Shown here: piece by piece, positions 1 through 15,000 of the stretch
How the letters are laid out: the number at the start of each line of letters is the position of its first letter
How positions within the stretch are numbered: the first letter of the stretch is position 1
Assembly (NCBI GenBank): GCA_964016885.1
Contig: OZ024740.1
Span: forward strand, 81,716,001-81,780,000
Source of the DNA: Eledone cirrhosa
Taxonomy: Eukaryota
Direction: 5' to 3'
Length of the DNA: 64,000 nt
The notes under the pieces: generated by a model
What the model saw: the letters and a program-made list of their open reading frames with translations, nothing else
Database searches by the model: none
Told to the model about the DNA's origin: nothing
Made by a program: the position numbers and the translations under genes

Positions 1-3000
1 TGATTTTTTATCTGAGTGTCCCGAATCTTCCAGATCGCAATTTTTCGGTTGTATGGTTGATTATAGACTTGTTCTATGTGTGACGGTATTTTAACGATAG
101 TTATAGCTCTGATTTATCTAAATTATTGAGCCCTCTGCCGCTCATATCGAATTTTGTTTATCGTGAACTCGTGCGCCTATTTTTCGATACTCGATTATTC
201 TACTATATTTAGCTCTAGACCTAACTATTGACCAGTTAATTTTATTGTTTATTTTTTGTCGATTCTATTAAATGATGAATAGCTCCTGTTTATTTTAACT
301 TGTCTATTCAGCACTCTTATTCGATATGTGTATTTCCACATTTTCCCGAATATTTTTCGCGGATATAGAGGTTATCTCCCTTGCTGAATTCCATGTGCGT
401 ATTTAGCCTGGGTTATGCCTTTTCATTCGTTTGGACAAAGCTCGTTGAGGAAGTAAACTCCCGTCCGCTGGCACCTAGAAGTCTTATATATTTTTATGTG
501 AGCTGATAGAGGACAGTTTAAGGATTTACAGAATACCAAGAAGCTAGATTTACCATCTTTCTAGCGGTTCCGGGTATGCTTTTACATTCATTTGATTTAT
601 TGATTTATTGATTTTTTATCTGAGTGTCCCGAACCTTCCAGATCGCAATTTTTCGGTTGTATGGTTGATTATAGACTTGTTCTATGTGTGACGGTATTTT
701 AACGATAGTTATAGCTCTGATTTATCTAAATTATTGAGCCCTCTGCCGCTCATATCGAATTTTGTTTATCGTGAACTCGTGCGCCGATTTTTCGATACTC
801 GATTATTCTACTATATTTAGCTCTAGACCTAGCTATTGACCAGTTAATTTTATTGTTTATTTTTTGTCGATTCTATTAAATGATGAATAGCTCCTGTTTA
901 TTTTAACTTGTCTATTCAGCACTCTTATTCGATATGTGTATTTCCACATTTTCCCGAATATTTTTCGCGGATATAGAGGTTATCTCCCTTGCTGAATTCC
1001 ATGTGCGTATTTAGCCTGGGTTATGCCTTTTCATTCGTTTGGACAAAGCTCGTTGAGGAAGTAAACTCCCGTCCGCTGGCACCTAGAAGTCTTATATATT
1101 TTTATGTGAGCTGATAGAGGACAGTTTAAGGATTTACAGAAAACCAAGAAGCTAGATTTACCATCTTTCTAGCGGTTCCGGGTATGCTTCTACATTCATT
1201 TGATTTATTGATTTATTGATTTTTTATCTGAGTGTCCCGAACCTTCCAGATCGCAATTTTTCGGTTGTATGGTTGATTATAGACTTGTTCTATGTGTGAC
1301 GGTATTTTAACGATAGTTATAGCTCTGATTTATCTAAATTATTGAGCCCTCTGCCGCTCATATCGAATTTTGTTTATCGTGAACTCGTGCGCCGATTTTT
1401 CGATACTCGATTATTCTACTATATTTAGCTCTAGACCTAGCTATTGACCAGTTAATTTTATTGTTCATTTTTTGTCGATTCTATTAAATGATGAATAGCT
1501 CCTGTTTATTTTAACTTGTCTATTGAGCACTCTTATTCGATATGTGTCTTTCCACATTTTCCCGAATATTTTTCGCGGATACAGAGGTTATCTCCCTTGC
1601 TGAATTCCATGTGCGTATTTAGCCTGGGTTATGCCTTTTCATTCGTTTGGACAAAGCTCGTTGAGGAAGTAAACTCCCGTCCGCTGGCACCTAGAAGTCT
1701 TATATATTTTTATGTAAGCTGATAGAGGACAGTTTAAGGATGTACAGAAACCCAAGAAGCTAGATTTACCATCTTTCTAGCGGGTCCGGGGATGCTTTTT
1801 ACATTCATTTGATTTATTGATTTATTGATTTTTTATCTGCGTGTCCCGAATCATCCAGATCGCAATTTTTCGGTTGTATGGTTGATTATACACTTGTTCT
1901 AAGTGTGACGGTATTTTAACGATAGTTATAGCTCTGATTTATCTAAATTATTGAGCCCTCTGCCGCTCATATCGAATTTTGTTTATCGTGAACTCGTGCG
2001 CTGATTTTTCGATTCTCGATTATTCTACTATATTTAGCTCTAGACCTAGCTATTGACCAGTTAATTTTATTGTTCATTTTTTGTCGATTCTATTAAATGA
2101 TGAATAGCTCCTGTTTATTTTAACTTGTCTATTGAGCACTCTTATTCGATATGTGTATTTCCACATTTTCCCGAATATTTTACGCGGATATAGAGGTTAT
2201 CTCCCTTGCTGAATTCCATGTGCGTATTTAGCCTGGGTTATGCCTTTTCATTCGTTTGGACAAAGCTCGTTGAGGAAGTAAACTCCCGTCCGCTGGCACC
2301 TAGAAGTCTCATATATTTTTATGTGAGCTGATAGAGGACAGTTTAAGGATTTACAGAAACCCATGAAGCTAGATTTACCATCTTTCTAGCGGGTCCGGGT
2401 ATGCTTTTTACATTCATTTGATTTATTGATTTATTGATTTTTTATCTGAGTGTCCCGAACCTTCCAGATCGCAATTTTTCGGTTGTATGGTTGATTATAG
2501 ACTTGTTCTATGTGTGACGGTATTTTAACGATAGTTATAGCTCTGATTTATCTAAATTATTGAGCCCTCTGCCGCTCATATCGAATTTTGTTTATCGTGA
2601 ACTCGTGCGCCCATTTTTCGATACTCGATTATTCTACTATATTTAGCTCTAGACCTAGCTATTGACCAGTTAATTTTATTGTTTATTTTTTGTCGATTCT
2701 ATTAAATGATGAATAGCTCCTGTTTATTTTAACTTGTCTATTCAGCACTCTTATTCGATATGTGTATTTCCACATTTTCCCGAATATTTTTCGCGGATAT
2801 AGAGGTTATCTCCCTTGCTGAATTCCATGTGCGTATTTAGCCTGGGTTATGCCTTTTCATTCGTTTGGACAAAGCTCGTTGAGGAAGTAAACTCCCGTCC
2901 GCTGGCACCTAGAAGTCTTATATATTTTTATGTGAGCTGATAGAGGACAGTTTAAGGACTTACAGAAAACCAAGAAGCTAGATTTACCATCTTTCTAGCG

Positions 3001-6000
3001 GTTCCGGGTATGCTTTTACATTCATTTTATTTATTGATTTATTGATTTTTTATCTGAGTGTCCCGAACCTTCCAGATCGCAATTTTTCGGTTGTATGGTT
3101 GATTATAGACTTGTTCTATGTGTGACGGTATTTTAACGATAGTTATAGCTCTGATTTATCTAAATTATTGTGCCCCCTGCCGCTCATATCGAATTTTGTT
3201 TATCGTGAACTCGTGCGCCTATTTTTCGATACTCGATTATTCTACTATATTTAGCTCTAGACCTAGCTATTGACCAGTTAATTTTATTGTTTATTTTTTG
3301 TCGATTCTATTAAATGATGAATAGCTCCTGTTTATTTTAACTTGTCTATTCAGCACTCTTATTCGATATGTGTATTTCCACATTTTCCCGAATATTTTTC
3401 GCGGATATAGAGGTTATCTCCCTTGCTGAATTCCATGTGCGTATTTAGCCTGGGTTATGCCTTTTCATTCGTTTGGACAAAGCTCGTTGAGGAAGTAAAC
3501 TCCCGTCCGCTGGCACCTAGAAGTCTTATATATTTTTATGTGAGCTGATAGAGGACAGTTTAAGGATTTACAGAAAACCAAGAAGCTAGATTTACCATCT
3601 TTTTAGCGGTTCCGGGTATGCTTTTACATTCATTTGATTTATTGATTTATTGATTTTTTATCTGAGTGTCCCGAACCTTCCAGATCGCAATTTTTCGGTT
3701 GTATGGTTGATTATAGACTTGTTCTATGTGTGACTGTATTTTAACGTTAGTTATAGCTCTGATTTATCTAAATTATTGAGCCCTCTGCCGCTCATATCGA
3801 ATTTTGTTTATCGTGAATTCGTGCGCCGATTTTTCGATACTCGATTATTCTACTATATTTAGCTCTAGACCTAGCTATTGACCAGTTAATTTTATTGTTC
3901 ATTTTTTGTCGATTCTATTAAATGATGAATAGCTCCTGTTTATATTAACTTGTCTATTGAGCACTCTTATTCGATATGTGTATTTCCACATTTTCCCGAA
4001 TATTTTTCGCGGATATAGAGGTTATCTCCCTTGCTGAATTCCATGTGCGTATTTAGCCTGGGTTATGCCTTTTCATTCGTTTGGACAAAGCTCGTTGAGG
4101 AAGTAAACTCCCGTCCGCTGGCACCTAGAAGTCTTATATATTTTTATGTGAGCTGATAGAGGACAGTTTAAGGATGTACAGAAACCCAAGAAGCTAGATT
4201 TACCATCTTTCTAGCGGGTCCGGGTATGCTTTTTACATTCATTTGATTTATTGATTTATTGATTTTTTATCTGAGTGTCCCGAATCTTCCAGATCGCAAT
4301 TTTTCGGTTGTATGGTTGATTATAGACTTGTTCTATGTGTGACGGTATTTTAACGATAGTTATAGCTCTGATTTATCTAAATTATTGAGCCCTCTGCCGC
4401 TCATATCGAATTTTGTCTATCGTGAACTCGTGCGCCTATTTTTCGATACTCGATTATTCTACTATATTTAGCTCTAGACCTAACTATTGACCAGTTAATT
4501 TTATTGTTTATTTTTTGTCGATTCTATTAAATGATGAATAGCTCCTGTTTATTTTAACTTGTCTATTCAGCACTCTTATTCGATATGTGTATTTCCACAT
4601 TTTCCCGAATATTTTTCGCGGATATAGAGGTTATCTCCCTTGCTGAATTCCATGTGCGTATTTAGCCTGGGTTATGCCTTTTCATTCGTTTGGACAAAGC
4701 TCGTTGAGGAAGTAAACTCCCGTCCGCTGGCACCTAGAAGTCTTATATATTTTTATGTGAGCTGATAGAGGACAGTTTAAGGATTTACAGAAAACCAAGA
4801 AGCTAGATTTACCATCTTTCTAGCGGTTCCGGGTATGCTTTTACATTCATTTGATTTATTGATTTATTGATTTTTTATCTGAGTGTCCCGAACCTTCCAG
4901 ATCGCAATTTTTCGGTTGTAAGGTTGATTATCGACTTGTTCTATGTGTGACGGTATTTTAACGATAGTTATAGCTCTGATTTATCTAAATTATTGAGCCC
5001 TCTGCTCGCTCATATCGAATTTTGTTTATCGTGAACTCGTGCGCCTATTTTTCGATACTCGATTATTCTACTATATTCAGCTCTAGACCTAGCTATTGAC
5101 CAGTTAATTTTATTGTTTATTTTTTGTCGATTCTATTAAATGATGAATAGCTCCTGTTTATTTTAACTTGTCTATTCAGCACTCTTATTCGATATGTGTC
5201 TTTCCACATTTTCCCGAATATTTTTCGCGGATACAGAGGTTATCTCCCTTGCTGAATTCCATGTGCGTATTTAGCCTGGGTTATGCCTTTTCATTCGTTT
5301 GGACAAAGCTCGTTGAGGAAGTAAACTCCCGTCCGCTGGCACCTAGAAGTCTTATATATTTTTATGTAAGCTGATAGAGGACAGTTTAAGGATGTACAGA
5401 AACCCAAGAAGCTAGATTTACCATCTTTCTAGCGGGTCCCGGGATGCTTTTTACATTCATTTGATTTATTGATTTATTGATTTTTTATCTGAGTGTCCCG
5501 AATCTTCCAGATCGCAATTTTTCGGTTGTATGGTTGATTATAGACTTGTTCTATGTGTGACGGTATTTTAACGATAGTTATAGCTCTGATTTATCTAAAT
5601 TATTGAGCCCTCTGCCGCTCATATCGAATTTTGTTTATCGTGAACTCGTGCGCCTATTTTTCGATACTCGATTATTCTACTATATTTAGCTCTAGACCTA
5701 ACTATTGACCAGTTAATTTTATTGTTTATTTTTTGTCGATTCTATTAAATGATGAATAGCTCCTGTTTATTTTAACTTGTCTATTCAGCACTCTTATTCG
5801 ATATGTGTATTTCCACATTTTCCCGAATATTTTTCGCGGATATAGAGGTTATCTCCCTTGCTGAATTCCATGTGCGTATTTAGCCTGGGTTATGCCTTTT
5901 CATTCGTTTGGACAAAGCTCGTTGAGGAAGTAAACTCCCGTCCGCTGGCACCTAGAAGTCTTATATATTTTTATGTGAGCTGATAGAGGACAGTTTAAGG

Positions 6001-9000
6001 ATTTACAGAAAACCAAGAAGCTAGATTTACCATCTTTCTAGCGGTTCCGGGTATGCTTTTACATTCATTTGATTTATTGATTTATTGATTTTTTATCTGA
6101 GTGTCCCGAACCTTCCAGATCGCAATTTTTCGGTTGTATGGTCGATTATAGACTTGTTCTATGTGTGACGGTATTTTAACGATAGTTATAGCTCTGATTT
6201 ATCTAAATTATTGAGCCCTCTGCCGCTCATATCGAATTTTGTTTATCGTGAACTCGTGCGCCGATTTTTCGATACTCGATTATTCTACTATATTTAGCTC
6301 TAGACCTAGCTATTGACCAGTTAATTTTATTGTTTATTTTTTGTCGATTCTATTAAATGATGAATAGCTCCTGTTTATTTTAACTTGTCTATACAGCACT
6401 CTTATTCGATATGTGTATTTCCACATTTTCCCGAATATTTTTCGCGGATATAGAGGTTATCTCCCTTGCTGAATTCCATGTGCGTATTTAGCCTGGGTTA
6501 TGCCTTTTCATTCGTTTGGACAAAGCTCGTTGAGGAAGTAAACTCCCGTCCGCTGGCACCTAGAAGTCTTATATATTTTTATGTGAGCTGATAGAGGACA
6601 GTTTAAGGATTTACAGAAAACCAAGAAGCTAGATTTACCATCTTTCTAGCGGTTCCGGGTATGCTTTTACATTCATTTGATTTATTGATTTATTGATTTT
6701 TTATCTGAGTGTCCCGAACCTTCCAGATCGCAATTTTTCGGTTGTATGGTCGATTATAGACTTGTTCTATGTGTGACGGTATTTTAACGATAGTTATAGC
6801 TCTGATTTATCTAAATTATTGAGCCCTCTGCCGCTCATATCGAATTTTGTTTATCGTGAACTCGTGCGCCGATTTTTCGATACTCGATTATTCTACTATA
6901 TTTAGCTCTAGACCTAGCTATTGACCAGTTAATTTTATTGTTTATTTTTTGTCGATTCTATTAAATGATGAATAGCTCCTGTTTATTTTAACTTGTCTAT
7001 ACAGCACTCTTATTCGATATGTGTATTTCCACATTTTCCCGAATATTTTTCGCGGATATAGAGGTTATCTCCCTTGCTGAATTCCATGTGCGTATTTAGC
7101 CTGGGTTATGCCTTTCATTCGTTTGGACAAAGCTCGTTGAGGAAGTAAACTCCCGTCCGCTGGCACCTACAAGTCTTATATATTCTTATGTGAGCTGATA
7201 GAGGACAGTTTAAGGATTTACAGAAAACCAAATAGCTAGATTTACCATCTTTCTAGCGGTTCCGGGTATGCTTCTACATTCATTTGATTTATTGATTTAT
7301 TGATTTTTTATCTGAGTGTCCCGAACCTTCCAGATCGCAATTTTTCGGTTGTATGGTTGATTATAGACTTGTTCTATGTGTGACGGTATTTTAACGATAG
7401 TTATAGCTCTGATTTATCTAAATTATTGAGCCCTCTGCCGCTCATATCGAATTTTGTTTATCGTGAACTCGTGCGCCGATTTTTCGATACTCGATTATTC
7501 TACTATATTTAGCTCTAGACCTAGCTATTGACCAGTTAATTTTATTGTTCATTTTTTGTCGATTCTATTAAATGATGAATAGCTCCTGTTTATTTTAACT
7601 TGTCTATTGAGCACTCTTATTCGATATGTGTCTTTCCACATTTTCCCGAATATTTTTCGCGGATACAGAGGTTATCTCCCTTGCTGAATTCCATGTGCGT
7701 ATTTAGCCTGGGTTATGCCTTTTCATTCGTTTGGACAAAGCTCGTTGAGGAAGTAAACTCCCGTCCGCTGGCACCTAGAAGTCTTATATATTTTTATGTG
7801 AGCTGATAGAAGACAGTTTAAGGATGTACAGAAACCCAAGAAGCTAGATTTACCATCTTTCTAGCGGGTCCGGGTATGCTTTTTACATTCATTTGATTTA
7901 TTGATTTATTGATTTTTCATCTGAGTGTCCCGAATCTTCCAGATCGCAATTTTTCGGTTGTATGGTTGATTATAGACTTGTTCTATGTGTGACGGTATTT
8001 TAACGATAGTTATAGCTCTGATTTATCTAAATTATTGAGCCCTCTGCCGCTCATATCGAATTTTGTTTATCGTGAACTCGTGCGCCTATTTTTCGATACT
8101 CGATTATTCTACTATATTTAGCTCTAGACCTAACTATTGACCAGTTAATTTTATTGTTTATTTTTTGTCGATTCTATTAAATGATGAATAGCTCCTGTTT
8201 ATTTTAACTTGTCTATTCAGCACTCTTATTCGATATGTGTATTTCCACATTTTCCCGAAGATTTTTCGCGGATATAGAGGTTATCTCCCTTGCTGAATTC
8301 CATGTGCGTATTTAGCCTGGGTTATGCCTTTTCATTCGTTTGGACAAAGCTCGTTGAGGAAGTAAACTCCCGTCCGCTGGCACCTAGAAGTCTTATATAT
8401 TTTTATGTGAGCTGATAGAGGACAGTTTAAGGATTTACAGAAAACCAAGAAGCTAGATTTACCATCTTTCTAGCGGTTCCGGGTATGCTTTTACATTCAT
8501 TTGATTTATTGATTTATTGATTTTTTATCTGAGTGTCCCGAACCTTCCAGATCGCAATTTTTCGGTTGTATGGTTGATTATAGACTTGTTCTATGTGTGA
8601 CGGTATTTTAACGATAGTTATAGCTCTGATTTATCTAAATTATTGAGCCCTCTGCCGCTCATATCGAATCTTGTTTATCGTGAACTCGTGCGCCGATTTT
8701 TCGATACTCGATTATTCTACTATATTTAGCTCTAGACCTAGCTATTGACCAGTTAATTTTATTGTTCATTTTTTGTCGATTCTATTAAATGATGAATAGC
8801 TCCTGTTTATTTTAACTTGTCTATTGAGCACTCTTATTCGATATGTGTATTTCCACATTTTCCCGAATATTTTTCGCGGATATAGAGGTTATCTCCCTTG
8901 CTGAATTCCATGTGCGTATTTAGCCTGGGTTATGCCTTTTCATTCGTTTGGACAAAGCTCGTTGAGGAAGTAAACTCCCATCCGCCGGCACCTAGAAGTC

Positions 9001-12000
9001 TTATATATTTTTATGTGAGCTGATAGAGGACAGTTTAAGGATTTACAGAAACCCAAGAAGCTAGATTTACCATCTTTCTAGCGGGTCCGGGTATGCTTTT
9101 TACATTCATTTGATTTATTGATTTATTGATTTTTTATCTGAGTGTCCCGAACCTTCCAGATCGCAATTTTTCGGTTGTATGGTTGATTATAGACTTGTTC
9201 TATGTGTGACGGTATTTTAACGATAATTATAGCTCTGATTTATCTAAATTATTGAGCCCTCTGCCGCTCATATCGAATTTTGTTTATCGTGAACTCGTGC
9301 GCCGATTTTTCGATACTCGATTATTCTACTATATTTAGCTCTAGACCTAGCTATTGACCAGTTAATTTTATTGTTCATTTTTTGTCGATTCTATTAAATG
9401 ATGAATAGCTCCTGTTTATTTTAACTTGTCTATTGAGCACTCTTATTCGATATGTGTATTTCCACATTTTCCCGAATATTTTTCGCGGATATAGAGGTTA
9501 TCTCCCTTGCTGAATTCCATGTGCGCATTTAGCCTGGGTTATGCCTTTTCATTCGTTTGGACAAAGCTCGTTGAGGAAGTAAACTCCCGTCCGCTGGCAC
9601 CTAGAAGTCTTATATATTTTTATGTGAGCTGATAGAAGACAGTTTAAGGATGTACAGAAACCCAAGAAGCTAGATTTACCATCTTTCTAGCGGGTCCGGG
9701 TATGCTTTTTACATTCATTTGATTTATTGATTTATTGATTTTTCATCTGAGTGTCCCGAATCTTCCAGATCGCAATTTTTCGGTTGTATGGTTGATTATA
9801 GACTTGTTCTATGTGTGACGGTATTTTAACGATAGTTATAGCTCTGATTTATCTAAATTATTGAGCCCTCTGCCGCTCATATCGAATTTTGTTTATCGTG
9901 AACTCGTGCGCCTATTTTTCGATACTCGATTATTCTACTATATTTAGCTCTAGACCTAACTATTGACCAGTTAATTTTATTGTTTATTTTTTGTCGATTC
10001 TATTAAATGATGAATAGCTCCTGTTTATTTTAACTTGTCTATTCAGCACTCTTATTCGATATGTGTATTTCCACATTTTCCCGAATATTTTTCGCGGATA
10101 TAGAGGTTATCTCCCTTGCTGAATTCCATGTGCGTATTTAGCCTGGGTTATGCCTTTTCATTCGTTTGGACAAAGCTCGTTGAGGAAGTAAACTCCCGTC
10201 CGCTGGCACCTAGAAGTCTTATATATTTTATGTGAGCTGATAGAGGACAGTTTAAGGATTTACAGAAAACCAAGAAGCTAGATTTACCATCTTTCTAGCG
10301 GTTCCGGGTATGCTTTTACATTCATTTGATTTATTGATTTATTGATTTTTTATCTGAGTGTCCCGAACCTTCCAGATCGCAATTTTTCGGTTGTATGGTT
10401 GATTATAGACTTGTTCTATGTGTGACGGTATTTTAACGATAGTTATAGCTCTGATTTATCTAAATTATTGAGCCCTCTGCCGCTCATATCGAATCTTGTT
10501 TATCGTGAACTCGTGCGCCGATTTTTCGATACTCGATTATTCTACTATATTTAGCTCTAGACCTAGCTATTGACCAGTTAATTTTATTGTTCATTTTTTG
10601 TCGATTCTATTAAATGATGAATAGCTCCTGTTTATTTTAACTTGTCTATTGAGCACTCTTATTCGATATGTGTATTTCCACATTTTCCCGAATATTTTTC
10701 GCGGATATAGAGGTTATCTCCCTTGCTGAATTCCATGTGCGTATTTAGCCTGGGTTATGCCTTTTCATTCGTTTGGACAAAGCTCGTTGAGGAAGTAAAC
10801 TCCCATCCGCCGGCACCTAGAAGTCTTATATATTTTTATGTGAGCTGATAGAGGACAGTTTAAGGATGTACAGAAACCCAAGAAGCTAGATTTACCATCT
10901 TTCTAGCGGTTCCGGGTATGCTTTTTACATTCATTTGATTTATTGATTTATTGATTTTTTATCTGCGTGTCCCGAATCTGCCAGATCGCAATTTTTCGGT
11001 TGTATGGTTGATTATAGACTTGTTCTATGTGTGACGGTATTTTAACGATAGTTATAGCTCTGATTTATCTAAATTATTGAGCCCTCTGCCGCTCATATCG
11101 AATTTTGTTTATCGTGAACTCGTGCGCCGATTTTTCGATACTCGATTATTCTACTATATTTAGCTCTAGACCTAACTATTGACCAGTTAATTTTATTGTT
11201 TATTTTTTGTCGATTCTATTAAATGATGAATAGCTCCTGTTTATTTTAACTTGTCTATTCAGCACTCTTATTCGATATGTGTATTTCCACATTTTCCCGA
11301 ATATTTTTCGCGGATATAGAGGTTATCTCCCTTGCTGAATTCCATGTGCGTATTTAGCCTGGGTTATGCCTTTTCATTCGTTTGGACAAAGCTCGTTGAG
11401 GAAGTAAACTCCCGTCCGCTGGCACCTAGAAGTCTTATATATTTTTATGTGAGCTGATAGAGGACAGTTTAAGGATTTACAGAAAACCAAGAAGCTAGAT
11501 TTACCATCTTTCTAGCGGTTCCGGGTATGCTTTTACATTCATTTGATTTATTGATTTATTGATTTTTTATCTGAGTGTCCCGAACCTTCCAGATCGCAAT
11601 TTTTCGGTTGTATGGTTGATTATAGACTTGTTCTATGTGTGACGGTATTTTAACGATAGTTATAGCTCTGATTTATCTAAATTATTGAGCCCTCTGCCGC
11701 TCATATCGAATCTTGTTTATCGTGAACTCGTGCGCCGATTTTTCGATACTCGATTATTCTACTATATTTAGCTCTAGACCTAGCTATTGACCAGTTAATT
11801 TTATTGTTCATTTTTTGTCGATTCTATTAAATGATGAATAGCTCCTGTTTATTTTAACTTGTCTATTGAGCACTCTTATTCGATATGTGTATTTCCACAT
11901 TTTCCCGAATATTTTTCGCGGATATAGAGGTTATCTCCCTTGCTGAATTCCATGTGCGTATTTAGCCTGGGTTATGCCTTTTCATTCGTTTGGACAAAGC

Positions 12001-15000
12001 TCGTTGAGGAAGTAAACTCCCATCCGCCGGCACCTAGAAGTCTTATATATTTTTATGTGAGCTGATAGAGGACAGTTTAAGGATTTACAGAAACCCAAGA
12101 AGCTAGATTTACCATCTTTCTAGCGGGTCCGGGTATGCTTTTTACATTCATTTGATTTATTGATTTATTGATTTTTTATCTGAGTGTCCCGAATCTTCCA
12201 GATCGCAATTTTTCGGTTGTATGGTTGATTATAGACTTGTTCTATGTGTGACGGTATTTTAACGATAATTATAGCTCTGATTTATCTAAATTATTGAGCC
12301 CTCTGCCGCTCATATCGAATTTTGTTTATCGTGAACTCGTGCGCCGATTTTTCGATACTCAATTATTCTACTATATTTAGCTCTAGACCTAGCTATTGAC
12401 CAGTTAATTTTATTGTTCATTTTTTGTCGATTCTATTAAATGATGAATAGCTCCTGTTTATTTTAACTTGTCTATTGAGCACTCTTATTCGATATGTGTA
12501 TTTCCACATTTTCCCGAATATTTTTCGCGGATATAGAGGTTATCTCCCTTGCTGAATTCCATGTGCGCATTTAGCCTGGGTTATGCCTTTTCATTCGTTT
12601 GGACAAAGCTCGTTGAGGAAGTAAACTCCCGTCCGCTGGCACCTAGAAGTCTTATATATTTTTATGTGAGCTGATAGAGGACAGTTTAAGGATTTACAGA
12701 AACCCAAGAAGCTAGATTTACCATCTTTCTAGCGGTTCTGGGTATGCTTTTTACATTCATTTGATTTATTGATTTATTGATTTTTTATCTGAGTGTCCCG
12801 AACCTTCCAGATCGCAATTTTTCGGTTGTATGGTTGATTATAGACTTGTTCTATGTGTGACGGTATTTTAACGATAGTTATAGCTCTGATTTATCTAAAT
12901 TATTGAGCCCTCTGCCGCTCATATCGAATTTTGTTTATCGTGAACTCGTGCGCCGATTTTTCGATACTCGATTATTCTACTATATTTAGCTCTAGACCTA
13001 GCTATTGACCAGTTAATTTTATTGTTCATTTTTTGTCGATTCTATTAAATGATGAATAGCTCCTGTTTATTTTAACTTGTCTATTGAGCACTCTTATTCG
13101 ATATGTGTATTTCCACATTTTCCCGAATATTTTTCGCGGATATAGAGGTTATCTCCCTTGCTGAATTCCATGTGCGTATTTAACCTGGGTTATGCCTTTT
13201 CATTCGTTTGGACAAAGCTCGTTGAGGAAGTAAACTCCCGTCCGCTGGCACCTAGAAGTCTTATATATTTTTATGTGAGCTGATAGAGGACAGTTTAAGG
13301 ATTTACAGAAACCCAAGAAGCTAGATTTACCATCTTTCTAGCGGGTCCGGGGATGCTTTTTACATTCATTTGATTTATTGATTTATTGATTTTTTATCTG
13401 AGTGTCCCGAATCTTCCAGATCGCAATTTTTCGGTTGTATGGTTGATTATAGACTTGTTCTATGTGTGACGGTATTTTAACGATAATTATAGCTCTGATT
13501 TATCTAAATTATTGAGCCCTCTGCCGCTCATATCGAATTTTGTTTATCGTGAACTCGTGCGCCGATTTTTCGATACTCGATTATTCTACTATATTTAGCT
13601 CTAGACCTAGCTATTGACCAGTTAATTTTATTGTTCACTTTTTGTCGATTCTATTAAATGATGAATAGCTCCTGTTTATTTTAACTTGTCTATTGAGCAC
13701 TCTTATTCGATATGTGTATTTCCACATTTTCCCGAATATTTTTCGCGGATATAGAGGTTATCTCCCTTGCTGAATTCCATGTGCGTATTTAGCCTGGGTT
13801 ATACCTTTTCATTCGTTTGGACAAAGCTCGTTGAGGAAGTAAACTCCCATCCGCCGGCACCTAGAAGTCTTATATATTTTTATGTGAGCTGATAGAGGAC
13901 AGTTTAAGGATGTACAGAAACCCAAGAAGCTAGATTTACCATCTTTCTAGCGGGTCCGGGTATGCTTTTTACATTCATTTGATTTATTGATTTATTGATT
14001 TTTTATCTGAGTGTCCCGAATCTTCCAGATCGCAATTTTTCGGTTGTATGGTTGATTATAGACTTGTTCTATGTGTGACGGTATTTTAACGATAGTTATA
14101 GCTCTGATTTATCTAAATTATTGAGCCCTCTGCCGCTCATATCGAATTTTGTTTATCGTGAATTCGTGCGCCGATTTTTCGATACTCGATTATTCTACTA
14201 TATTTAGCTCTAGACCTAGCTATTGACCAGTTAATTTTATTGTTCATTTTTTGTCGATTCTATTAAATGATGAATAGCTCCTGTTTATTTTAACTTGTCT
14301 ATTGAGCACTCTTATTCGATATGTGTATTTCCACATTTTCCCGAATATTTTTCGCGGATATAGAGGTTATCTCCCTTGCTGAATTCCATGTGAGTATTTA
14401 GCCTGGGTTATGCCTTTTCATTCGTTTGAACAAAGCTCGTTGAGGAAGTAAACTCCCGTCCGCTGGCACCGAGAAGTCTTATATATTTTTATGTGAGCTG
14501 ATAGAGGACAGTTTAAGGATTTACAGAAACCCAAGAAGCTAGATTTACCATCTTTCTAGCGGGTCCGGGTATGCTTTTTACATTCATTTGATTTATTGAT
14601 TTATTGATTTTTTATCTGCGTGTCCCGAATCTTCCAGATCGCAATTTTTCGGTTGTATGGTTGATTATACACTTGTTCTATGTGTGACGGTATTTTAACG
14701 ATAGTTATAGCTCTGATTTATCTAAATTATTGAGCCCTCTGCCGCTCATATCGAATTTTGTTTATCGTGAACTCGTGCGCCGATTTTCGATACTCGATTA
14801 TTCTACTATATTTAGCTCTAGACCTAGCTATTGACCAGTTAATATTATTGTTCATTTTTTGTCGATTCTATTAAATGATGAATAGCTCCTGTTTATTTTA
14901 ACTTGTCTATTGAGCACTCTTATTCGATATGTGTATTTCCACATTTTCCCGAATATTTTTCGCGGATATAGAGGTTATCTCCCTTGCTGAATTCCATGTG

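Noticed and set aside
1516-7806. Three 68-aa ORFs in the satellite
   Set aside because: They use a TTG start and exist only in monomers with a TAG-to-CAG variant. The other copies have the stop, and there are no protein motifs.
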